A program made the position numbers and the translations under genes. From Eledone cirrhosa (Eukaryota): DNA of 64,000 bases. The notes beneath the pieces were generated by a model. That model saw only the letters and a program-made list of their open reading frames with translations, was not told the DNA's origin and did no database searches. Every line of letters begins with the position of its first letter. Positions within the stretch are counted from its first letter, which is position 1. The DNA lies in assembly GCA_964016885.1 (NCBI GenBank), contig OZ024746.1, forward strand, positions 12,710,001 to 12,774,000, given 5' to 3'. Positions 42,757 through 56,479 of this stretch are shown here, piece after piece.

Positions 42757-43028
42757 TCTCATTGCTCCACCTTCCTACAGAGTCTAGGCTCAAATGTCCT
42801 CACATCATCAAGCTGAAGTTATCTCATTGCTCCACCTTCCTACAGAGTCTAGGCTCAAATGTCCTCACATCATCAAGCTGAAGTTATCTCATTGCTCCAC
42901 CTTCCTACAGAGTCTAAGCTCAAATGTCCTCACATCAACATATGCAAGCTGCAGTTATCTCATTGCTCCACTTTCCTACAGAGTCTAAGCTCAAATATCC
43001 TCACAACATCAACACATGCAAGCTGCAG
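42757..43028. repeat. ~65-72 bp tandem repeat, 4 copies
   Basis: tctcattgctccaccttcctacagagtctaggctcaaatgtcctcacatc repeated. Confidence 0.9.
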
Positions 43029-44093
43029 TCATTAGCTTGCTGCACTGAAATTTTTCTTTCATAACTATATCATCAGCAGAAGTAAAACATTGATTGTTAA
43101 ACAACAATAAATATCACAAATGTGGGTTAACAGGTCTGGCAGTGTGAGTGAGAAACAGAATCTCTCTTTTCCCTACCTTTTTTCATAGAAAAAATAAAAC
43201 TTTTCCAGTGCAGAGCATTAAAAAGATGTTATACATACGTTATAAAATATTTTAAAGCTTTCTCATCAGTCATACATTTATTCATACAATTACACCAAAG
43301 CCTGCTAGAAATATGAGTCAAAGCTCTCTCAAATCACACTTTACTGTCTTAGAAAAGAAAGGACACAGTGAATATGTAGTCCTAGATATATTATAATTAA
43401 CACAAAAAGAATGATTAGCAGTAGAACTAGCATAGCATGATTCATAATAGAGATGTAATAATAAACATATATATGTCTCACTTATAATGTTTTAAGCTGT
43501 GATTGGGTCACAACCATCTAAACGGCTACTGAGATAACTGTGACATGATCACTGCTATCTAAACGGCTACTGAGATAACTGTGACATGATCACTGCTTAA
43601 AACATTCATAGCGAGACTTTTATATGTTTATTATATATATATACATATTATATAAAAACCTTCATATCTCTCAGAGATGACAAAGCAATGCAGTGAGTAG
43701 AGAGACTTGGAGGGAAGTGGTGAAAGCTGATCTCAGGTCGCTGAAGCTCACAGAGGAGATGACAAAGGAATGTGACTATTGGAGAAATGCTGTTCTGAGA
43801 AGGACCAGTCCAACCCATGCAAGTAGTGTAACTGATGATGATGATGGTGTTAGTGATGGGGGGGGGGTGCTGGTTGTGTTGTTGGTGGTGGTGGTGGCAG
43901 TGGTACTGCTGCTAGTGTTGGTGCTAGTAGTAGTGGTGGTGATGGTGGAAGTGGCGGCAGTGGAAATGTGAATGATGATGATGATGATGATGACATCAGT
44001 AACAAAGGTGGTAGTGGTGATGGAGGAGGATTCATATTAAGAATAGTATAAGATATTGAATCATGTTACTCCACCTCATTCCATCAGAACACA

Positions 44094-44895
44094 TGTAAAA
44101 TGACCCTAAAAACATCATATCACATTTGGTCAAGGGTAGCAGTGTAAAATGACCCTAAAAACATCATATCACATTTGGTCAAGGGTAGCAGTGTAAAATG
44201 ACCCTAAAAACATCATATCACATTTGGTCAAGGGCAGCAGTGTAAAATGACCCTAAAAACATCATATCACATTTGGTCAAGGGCAGCAGTGTAAAATGAC
44301 CCTAAAAACATCATATCACATTTGGTCAAGGGCAGCAGTGTAAAATGACCCTAAAAACATCATATCACATTTGGTCAAGGGCAGCAGTGTAAAATGACCC
44401 TAAAAACATCATATCACATTTGGTCAAGGGCAGCAGTGTAAAATGACCCTAAAAACATCATATCACATTTAGTCAAGGGCAGCAGTGTAAAATGACCCTA
44501 AAAACATCATATCACATTTGGTCAAGGGCAGCAGTGTAAAATGACCCTAAAAACATCATATCACATTTGGTCAAGGGCAGCAGTGTAAAATGACCCTAAA
44601 AACATCATATCACATTTGGTCAAGGGTAGCAGTGTAAAATGACCCTAAAAACATCATATCACATTTGGTCAAGGGCAGCAGTGTAAAATGACCCTAAAAA
44701 CATCATATCACATTTGGTCAAGGGTAGCAGTGTAAAATGACCCTAAAAACATCATATCACATTTGGTCAAGGGCAGCAGTGTAAAATGACCCTAAAAACA
44801 TCATATCACATTTGGTCAAGGGTAGCAGTGTAAAATGACCCTAAAAACATCATATCACATTTAGTCAAGGGCAGCAGTGTAAAATGACCCTAAAA
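44094..44895. repeat. 49-bp minisatellite, ~16 copies
   Basis: Unit gtgtaaaatgaccctaaaaacatcatatcacatttggtcaaggg(c/t)agca. Confidence 0.97.
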
Positions 44896-45888
44896 GCTAC
44901 ATTGGGTCATAGGTGTGATGGAGTGATAACCAACATTTTGCAATCCTACATAGGGGAATATATCTTTTGAGGTACAACGTAAGTGTTTTATAGCAATTAG
45001 TAATATATATATAGTGCGCAGTAGTGAATACAACAAAATCTACATGAGCATCTCCACCTCCAGAACAACGTCCTTTAACAAAATTCAGGCATGTCACATT
45101 AAGAAGTATGTTTCACCCACACATACACACATACATACACACATACATACACACATACATATGAACATACGTACATACATAGATACATACATACACACAC
45201 ACATACATACATACATACATACATACATACATACATACATACATACACACACATAAGAATGTGTATTCATGAGTGAGTGTGTGTATGTATGTATGTGTGT
45301 GAATGTCCACAAATACAAATCTATAAAGTCTTTTAACTGCACATGGATGACTGCATTTACTGCATTTATATGAACAAAATCTGTAAAGATATATGATACA
45401 AAATTGTCAGGTGTGCATATAAAATAACCATATACATATACCCACACATATATCCATCCCATTGTACCCCATACACTCATACATCCCCATCATCATCATC
45501 ATCATTTTATGTCCACTTTTCCCTGCTTGCAATGGTGGGAACATACATTTTGAAAGTAGGTTTATAATTATCAATTTTCGTTATACTTTTGTAGCTGTCT
45601 CGGTGGCCTAGTTGGAGGAATCAAAGACACTGGTGATCCTGGTCTGAAGTTCGATCCTGGTCGAGAGTAGTGTTCCCGGTAAACCTTTTCAGTTTTTTTC
45701 TATGGGTTGTAAAATAAAAACTGAAAAAGATTACATGTACCTCTTAACCAGGATTGAACCCAAAGCCAGGATCTCCACACACACACTCACTCACATACAC
45801 ACTCACACACATTGGTCCTGTAAAAACTACTCAACAAAACCAAAATTAATTTCTTCTGATGAACTGTAACAAGTGTATTATTCAACAC

Positions 45889-46518
45889 AGTGTTCAGTAG
45901 TTGTATGATGTTATTAAGGGTGTCCAGTTGAGTGTTCAGTAGTTGTATGATGTTATTAAGGGTGTCCAGTTGAGTGTTCAGTAGTTGTATGATGTTATTA
46001 AGGGTGTCCAGTTGAGTGTTCAGTAGTTGTATGATGTTATTAAGGGTGTCCAGTTGAGTGTTCAGTAGTTGTATGATGTTATTAAGGGTGTCCAGTTGAG
46101 TGTTCAGTAGTTGTATGATGTTATTAAGGGTGTCCAGTTGAGTGTTCAGTAGTTGTATGATGTTATTAAGGGTATCCAGTTGAGTGTTCAGTAGTTGTAT
46201 GATGTTATTAAGGGTGTCCAGTTGAGTGTTCAGTAGTTGTATGATGTTATTAAGGGTGTCCAGTTGAGTGTTCAGTAGTTGTATGATGTTATTAAGGGTG
46301 TCCAGTTGAGTGTTCAGTAGTTGTATGATGTTATTAAGGGTGTCCAGTTGAGTGTTCAGTAGTTGTATGATGTTATTAAGGGTGTCCAGTTGAGTGTTCA
46401 GTAGTTGTATGATGTTATTAAGGGTGTCCAGTTGAGTGTTCAGTAGTTGTATGATGTTATTAAGGGTGTCCAGTTGAGTGTTCAGTAGTTGTATGATGTT
46501 ATTAAGGGTGTCCAGTTG
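45889..46518. repeat. 42-bp minisatellite, ~15 copies
   Basis: Unit gtgttcagtagttgtatgatgttattaagggtgtccagttga. Confidence 0.97.
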
Positions 46519-47204
46519 TAGAAACTATGCCAAAAACAAAACATATGAGTGAGATAAGGTTTTCCAGGCTGTATAGAAGCTGGCAACAGCGAATTGGCAG
46601 AGTTGTTAGAAAGCTTTATGGTATTCATTCCAGCTCTCTTCTCTCGGAGTTAAAATCCCACCAAGGTCAACTTTCCTTTTCATCCATTCAAGGTTGACAA
46701 AAAAAGTACCAGTCTTGTACTGGGGGTCGATTCTTCCTCTTTATCTCTTTCTCATTTCCTCTCTCCCACTTTCTATCTTCCTCTGGAAAAATCTGCTGTA
46801 CTCAGGCCTGGAGAAGGATGGGTTCTGCCAGGCTTAAAATGCCCATGAAACGCTGTATGTCAATAGAGCACCCCTACGACTCTATCAGGAGTTAAGGACC
46901 ATACATACATACTAGAAGGGTGACCATAGTAATCCATTGAACCCATGCCAGCATGGAAATGGCATAAAATGACCAGGCTATATGGTATATAAATAAATAT
47001 ATATATATATATTAGGTCTGAACATAATTGTTTCTACTTTTGGCACAAGGCCATCAATTACCCAGTGCATTACTGGTACTTTATTTTTCTGAACATAATG
47101 GAATCAAATTCCCATTGTCACTGCCTCCATCTCTCTCACTATTATAAGCAAATGAGGTCCCACACGCTGATAGCCTCATGGCCTCGGTAGACAGAATAGA
47201 GAAA

Positions 47205-47312
47205 AGATGGTGAGGGAGACACATTGGAAGAGCCATTCCAGCTCACGAGGCTCATACTTGTGGGTAGCCAACTCCGTGCTGAGGTTGGTGAATACAGGGG
47301 GGGTCCTAGGGC
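47205..47312 (-). mobile_element. CRE-like retrotransposon C-terminal fragment, second copy
   Basis: NLSTELATHKYEPRELEWLFQCVSLTI, with nucleotide similarity to 36670-36742. Confidence 0.55.
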
Positions 47313-47624
47313 ATAAAATTATGATGAAGATGAAGATGATGATAATATACATACACACATACATAAATAAATATATTTGTGTGTGTGTGTATGAGAGAAA
47401 GAGAGAGAGGGTAAGTGAGTGTGTGTTTGTGTTTTTCATCAATCTGTATTAGTGCTAGATGTTCATGCTGTTGAAAATAAACAACAAACAAAAATAGTTT
47501 TTAGTTATTTCACCTGAGTTGTACAGACACTCCTTTATCATTCTCACCATCATAACTATGGAGAATCGGTGATTGGCCAAGTGAAAAAACATATTGTTCC
47601 AGAAATGCATGATATAACAATAGA

Positions 47625-47662
<38 letters not shown>

Positions 47663-48477
47663 TAATAAATACACCTAGACTACTACACAGGTCAGCGTGC
47701 CCCTTAGGTTGACATCCACCCAGATACTGCCATAAAATCATGATATCAGATTCATTTCATACTTACGAAATATCAAACACACACATACATACATTTTCAT
47801 ACACTTTTTTATACAAACAAATAATTGTTTCTACTTTTGGCACAAGGCCAGCAATTATCCCAGTGCATCACTGTTACTTTATTTTATCGACCTCCTAAGG
47901 ATGAAAGGCAAAGTTGACCTTGGCGGGATTTGAACTCAGACCATAAAGGGCCGTAACTCTATGCTGCAAAGCATGGCGTCAGACCTCCTACCAATACTAT
48001 ATATATATATAAATATATATATAAGTTAAAACAATGAAATAAAAATTCAAGTCATTAGAAATATACTTCACTGCTTTACAATCGTTTCTAGGTGATAATA
48101 ATACAACGTACGCATATTTCGTTATCGATCTATGTAGGGTTAGTTACAAAATATCAGATAAGGAATATATTTACTTACATGATATACATGTAAGTAAATA
48201 TATTCCTTATCTGATATTTTGTAACTAACCCTACATAGATCGATAACGAAATATGCGTACGTTGTATTATTATCACCTAGAAACGATTGTAAAGCAGTGA
48301 AGTATATTTCTAATGACTTGAATTTTTATTTCATTGTTTTAACTTATATCATGACTCTGTTTTGATGTTTTATTGTTTTCTGGGATTTATTTTAACCTAC
48401 ATTTTCAACATATGGATTACATTGAGTTCTTCATGCAGACTAGACCCCACAACTAACCATGGATATTTCTCTGTGTG

Positions 48478-50297
<1,820 letters not shown>

Positions 50298-51769
50298 TCA
50301 TCATCATCATCATCATCAACGTTTAACGTCCGTGTTCCACGCTTGCATGGGTTTGGACGGGGGTAGTCCCACTTGAGGCAAGAGTGATTGTCTTGCTCGC
50401 ATAGGACTGTCTGGCAGGTTTTCTACAGTTGGATGCCCTTCCTAACACCAACCACATTTACAGTGTGGGTCTGGGAGGTTTTTACCGTGTTGCCTACACG
50501 GCCACATTACAGCGTGGACTGTGTGTTTTTTTGTCGTGACACCTACACGATCTCATTTGTTTCGGCCTCGATGGCGCGGCACCAACATAACTTTACATAG
50601 AACGGGGTGGTGTGGATGGGGTAGGGGTGGGGGTAGTGGGGCGGGGTGTATTTTGTTAGGGATGCCTACTGGCTGGAGTAGGTTTTACTATATATTTAGG
50701 TAAGGCGGGTCTTCTCTGTTACTGAGTACCGCCAAAGGTCTCGGTCCAGTGACATTGTCTTGGAGAGGTGTAAGTGTGTGATGTCGGAGTTTATCAGCTC
50801 GTCCCAGGTTTTTCTAGGTCTGCCTATTCCGTGACTACCGTCTATCTTTATTGCCCTGCACTTTGTTATACAGCTATCGACTTTCATGCGCATCACGTGT
50901 CCATACCAACGTAGCCTTCTCTCGAGTAAACAACATCTGATCCCTCTTATCTCTAATTTTTTCCTTAGTTCGTTTATGCTTTGCCGTTCACGTATATTAC
51001 TGTTACACATCCAGCGGAGCATGCAAGCTTCGTTCCTCTCTAGTCTGCGTATATCCTCTGCACAGAATGCCCAGGTCTCACTGCCATGCAGCATTGCTGT
51101 TCGTATGCAGGCATCGTACAACCTGCCTTTCATTTTTAGTGAGAACCCTTTAGCAGCTAATAGTGGTATAAGCTCTCTGAACTTTTTCCAACCAGTTCTG
51201 ACTCTAGCTACAGTACTTTCAGAGCACCCTCCCCCACTGCTGATTTTATCGCCCAGGTAACGGAAGCTGTCCACTATTTCTATAGAACCCTCTGCGCAAT
51301 TGAAAGAGCTAGTAGCTTGTGGGCACTTGCTGCTACTTATTGCACCAGAGCACCGGCCACATGTAAAATCTATGTTCTTAGTTAGCTTACCTGTGATCCC
51401 ACTACATCTTTTATGCACCCATACTTTGCATTTAGGACATAAAATGGAGTTTCTACCTACGCCTTTCCTACACACCGAGCACGACCATTTCCCAGAAGGG
51501 ACCGCCGCCTTGTTTTCTTTCCTACAAACTAGTACTTTGGTCTTAGCCAGGTTAATTTTAAGTCCTTTTGACTCTAGGCCGTGCTTCCATGTTTGGAATT
51601 TCTTCTCTAGCTCGGCCATTGATTCCGCTATGAGTGTCAGGTCGTCTGCGTATAGGAGTTCCCATGGGCAGCCTGTATTGAACTCCTCTGTTATAGCCTG
51701 AAGGGCAATAATAAATAGTAGTGGGCTGAGAACAGAGCCCTGATGGACGCCAACTTTTACGCTAAACTC
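50298..51769 (-). mobile_element. RTE-clade LINE, family B, 5'-truncated young copy (RT C-half + 3'UTR + (GAT)n tail)
   Basis: Uninterrupted frame from 51769 to 50696: EFSVKVGVHQGSVLSPLLF...ELLYADDL...GLKINLAKTK...FRYLG...LHGSETW...LRWYGHVMR...GRPRKTW. This is followed by a ~400-bp UTR and an ATG-repeat tail, embedded in TA arrays. Confidence 0.95.
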
Positions 51770-52254
51770 ATACTATATATATATATATATATATATACTA
51801 TATATATATATATATACTATATATATATACTATATATTATATATATATACTATATATATATACTATATATTATATATATATACTATATATACTATATATA
51901 TATATACTATATATATATACTATATATATATATATATATTATATATATATACTATATATACTATATATATATATACTATATATATATATACACTATATAT
52001 ATATATATATATATATATACTATATATATACTATATATATATATATACTATATATATACTATATATATATATATATATATATACTATATATATACTATAT
52101 ATATATATACTATATATATATATATATGCAAAAGACAAACAGAAATAACAAAGCAAACAACACAGCACAATGAAGAAATATATCAGTTTTATAATTGATA
52201 TAGTAGGAAAAGAGTCTGTCTCTCTCTCTCTATTTATCTATCTATCTATCTGTA

Positions 52255-52935
52255 GCCCGGGCAGGGACCCTGCAAAAAAGATCTGCCCGAGGTGCGTGTG
52301 AGACAAAGAAACTGTCGCGCACGCATTCATACACTGCCCGGGCCTCACTGACCTGTGGGGCTATGTAGAACGACTTTTGTCGCAGGTGGGACCAATCCAG
52401 TTGACCACCGAGTCCATTGTCATGATCAAACCGCCACCCTCCTTCAAAAACGAAGGAGAGGCGGTTTTCCTTTGTGTGATAGCTATGGCGAAAGAGGTTG
52501 TATGGTGGACAAGGTTAAAAGGGCTGAGGTCAGACACCTTTCTCTCCAGCCAACAACTGATTCTTTTTTTCAAATACCACTTTGGAAGAAGAATCAGGAT
52601 GGAGAGAGAGGTGCTGTACCCCAGCAAGTTTTATGAAAGGTGGGTGAAAGTGGCGAGAATGGCCCGAGTGAATGGGCCTTCTCTCTATATCAGCCTGTAG
52701 GTTGGGGAAAAGGAGGAGGAGAGGAAAGGAGTACAAACTCTTCGTACTCCTGGAGATGAGGGTTGCACATTTTTTCGGGCGTATGTGTTACCCATATGAA
52801 CTGTCTCACCCTATTGGGGAAAATCGACTAATTTTTTAAATTGCATTTGTGATAACATTTTACACGTTTTTATTGTATGTAAACTTCCCCCTTTGTATTT
52901 GTCCCCTTCTTTTGTGCCCCTGTGGCTAATAAAGA
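52255..52935 (+). mobile_element. L1/Tx1-clade LINE 3' end
   Basis: ICPRCV*DKETVAHAFIHCPGLTDLW is a CCHC (zf-RVT-type) knuckle. The frame continues to 52700, and the UTR ends at gctaataaagaaa. Confidence 0.75.
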
Positions 52936-53582
52936 AACATATCTGTATATCTATAAACATATATAGATAGATAGAAAGATAGATATGGTCCAACCCATGC
53001 AAGCATAGGAAAGCAGACATAAAAATTATGATGATAATAGAAGCTCACGGAGGAGATGACAAAGGACCGTGATGAATGGAGAGATGCTGTGCTGAATAGG
53101 ACCCGTCCCACCCTTGCAAGCAGGGAAAAGCGAATGTAAGGTGATGATGATGATGATGCTGATGATGATGATATTGAGTAGATGAAACACTGTGTAAGAA
53201 GTAAATTTTGTTTTTAAATGTATTGCCTTCTCCTCCATTTATTTTGCTTATACCTGCTCTGCTTACCTTCTGCACTTAACTCTCATTAAATATTAACCTT
53301 TCTATAATATTTAACATTGCACCTCTAAGCATTGAGCACACTTCGCTTTGGCTCTTGGCATCTAATATATTGTATCATAATTTTCTCTCTCTTCCACTCT
53401 CATGACATATATAAATGAAGTATTTCCGTCAGAAAGGTACAGGAAAAAAGAGTGCTCTATGTAGGCTACAGAGCTTATTAGTTATGTAATAAACAACATA
53501 AGATAATTATTTCATTTACCAGTGGTTTCTTCTTCAAGAAACCACTGGTAAATGAAATAATTATCTTATGTTGTTTATTACA

Positions 53583-53644
<62 letters not shown>

Positions 53645-54103
53645 ACCTTTCCCTCTTTGTTCTTTTGCCTCTTTCCCCTTCCTTTTTTTCTCTCCTTTTC
53701 TCTTCTTTTCCTCCTGGCCTTTTGATTAAGAAAAGGCCTCAGGCGCACCCGATCGCTACAGATGTCCTGTAAATAAGCACCGAAACATCTGGATCGCGGA
53801 TTTACAGCTGGCGAATTATTCTTTCTTCTTTTCTCCTCTTGTTCCATCCTAAACCTTGTTTTTAGTAAGCACACAGCTCCTTTCGTTTCATTTATATATA
53901 AGTTAAAAACAAAAAACAAAATCAATAACGAAGAGTGCAGTACAAACAGTGTTGGTATTAGGTTCACGCTTGAGAGTGTGGGGCGGGGGGACCACATTTT
54001 GGGCATAAGCCCTTCATCAGAAGAAAAGTGGGAAGGAAAGGAGTTCCGAGGGTGTGAGACAGAGTGGGGGAAAGACATTAAAAGGGCGGAAATATATATA
54101 TAT

Positions 54104-54620
54104 AAGCTGTTGACAAAGAAGGGTTTCTCCCTGCGTACGGAAGGCCAGTTACATGATGCCTGTGTGAGATGCGCGATGCTGCATGGTAGTGAGACATGGG
54201 CAGCAACTGCAGAAGATATGCGACGGCTGGAGAGAAATGAAGCAAGTATGCTCCGTTGGATGTGCAATGTCAATGTGCGTGAACGACCAAGCATAGACGA
54301 GTTGAGAAAGAAACTGGGTATAAGAGGGACAAGTTGTGGTGTGCAGGAGAGAAGGCTGAGATGGTATGGACATGTGATGCACATGGAGGATGACCGCTGG
54401 GTGAAGAAGTGCCAGGAAGTCCCAGTGGAGGGAAGACGCAGTAGAGGTAGACCACGAAAAACATGGGTGGAGGTGGTGAGAGCAGACCTCAGATCGCTGA
54501 AACTCGCCGAGGAGATGACGAAGGACCGTGACAAGTGGAGAGATGCTGTGCTGAATAGGACCCGGCCAACCCTTGCAAGCAGAGAAAAGCAGACGTAAAA
54601 TGATGATGTTGACGATGATG
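54104..54620 (+). mobile_element. RTE LINE family A 3' fragment
   Basis: Open frame [10 protein letters not shown]...LHGSETW...RLRWYGHV...[12 protein letters not shown] followed by a GAT tail. Confidence 0.93.
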
Positions 54621-54758
54621 ATAATAAGCCAAAATCAGTTCCCGTATGATAGCAAGACAAGGTCACCTGACCAGACACTGCCCACAACAGGACAACCCGT
54701 CTAACCCATGTTAGCATGGAAGAATGGACGTAAAACGGTGATGATGATGATGATAATG

Positions 54759-54789
<31 letters not shown>

Positions 54790-54972
54790 TGTACAAATGG
54801 ACATTATGGTTGATTGATCAGGGACAGTATGAGATGCCTCACAGTGCAACATATGTAGTGGAGTTTAAGTTGCTCAACCTTTCATTACAGACGACAACAG
54901 CAGCAGCAGCAGCAGCAGCGGCAACAACAACGACAACAACAACAACAACAGCAACAACAGCAACAACAACAG

Positions 54973-55004
<32 letters not shown>

Positions 55005-55360
55005 ACAACAACAACAGTAACAACAACAACAATTAGCAGCCATAGAAAAATACTATAGTGTGGTGGTGGCCTCAGTTAAAGACAAGTGTTACTTTCAGTT
55101 TACCAGTGAGGTATGTAATAGGTAAATGCCCTAATGGCTGATAGATGAATCATCCAACTCGTTTATTTCATGTGAAAAAGGATGTAAAAATAATCTATGA
55201 AAAGAAACAATGTCACTGACATGTGTTGCATATTGAGAATTTTCAACTTTCTATCATTGTCATTTTATATATGTATATATATATATATATAAAATGACAA
55301 TGATAGAAAGTTGAAAATTCTCAATATGCAACAATAAGCTATTATCGCATATATATATAT

Positions 55361-55392
<32 letters not shown>

Positions 55393-55670
55393 CATCATCA
55401 TCATCGTTTAATGTCTATCTTCCACGCTAGCATGGGTTAGACAGTATATATATCATATATATATATATATATATATATGTAGAAGTTCTATTTAAATTGT
55501 TGGGATACATCAAGCAAATATTTTTATAACTGATATAAAGCACTCAACAAATAATTGGAGTAAAAATACGATATATTAACAAATGGAAACTATATCCGGG
55601 AGCTTCCAACAGTAATGGTTGCATTCTTTAAGGGTATGTCAATATTTATTTATAAAACCGCTCTATATTA

Positions 55671-55735
55671 TATTCTATCTGATGAAAGCACACCATAATT
55701 TAACTTGGTGTTCTTGAAATATGTATAATGAAATA
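55671..55735 (+). ncRNA. Putative hammerhead ribozyme, family H1
   Basis: CTGATGA at 55679-55685; helix II AAGCACACCA/TGGTGTTCTT; GAAA at 55716-55719; then TATGTATA-ATGAAATA. Confidence 0.68.
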
Positions 55736-55998
55736 AATATGGTTTTATAAATATAGTTTCCATTTGTTAATATATCGTATTTTTACTCCAATTATTTGTT
55801 GAGTGCTTTATATCAGTTATAAAAATATTTGCTTGTTGTATCCCAACAATTTAAATAGAACTTCTACATATATATATATATTATATATTATAGTTGAAAC
55901 AGAAAACAAAAAAACAACGACGAAGCGAAGAAGCAGTACAGAGTGTTAATATTAGTTTCACGCTTGAGAGTGAGGGGTGATATATATATATATATATA

Positions 55999-56056
<58 letters not shown>

Positions 56057-56479
56057 CTAAATACATACATTTCATTCAAACACACACATACATATCCATC
56101 AGTCTCTTTATATATATATGTGTGTGTGTGTATGTGTGAAGAGAGAAAGGAGAGGGAGAGAGAGACGAGAGGGGGAGACAGAGACAGAGAGTAAGTGATT
56201 CGTATACATGAACATGTATATATATATATATACATACCTACATTAATATATATGAAAATATTAACATTCTCACACACATACACACTTATATGTCTATTTA
56301 AGAAATTTACCAGGTTACATAGTATGTTTTGTAATGCAAATCACCTAACTATTTCTAACACTAACTTTAGGAAATGATGATGGGGTTGGAGGAGTAGGTG
56401 TTTTACTAGCTGAGAAGTAGATAGATAATATAATTGAGGTAGAGTTTGTGACAGAGTTATCAAGTTTAGAATTGTCAGT

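Noticed and set aside
53578-54852. 424-aa minus-strand ORF (also 2095-3225)
   Set aside because: Antisense read-through of RTE fragments and microsatellites.
54891-55110. Possible poly-Gln exon ending GAG|GTATGT
   Set aside because: In-frame TAA within the CAA/CAG run; no other support.
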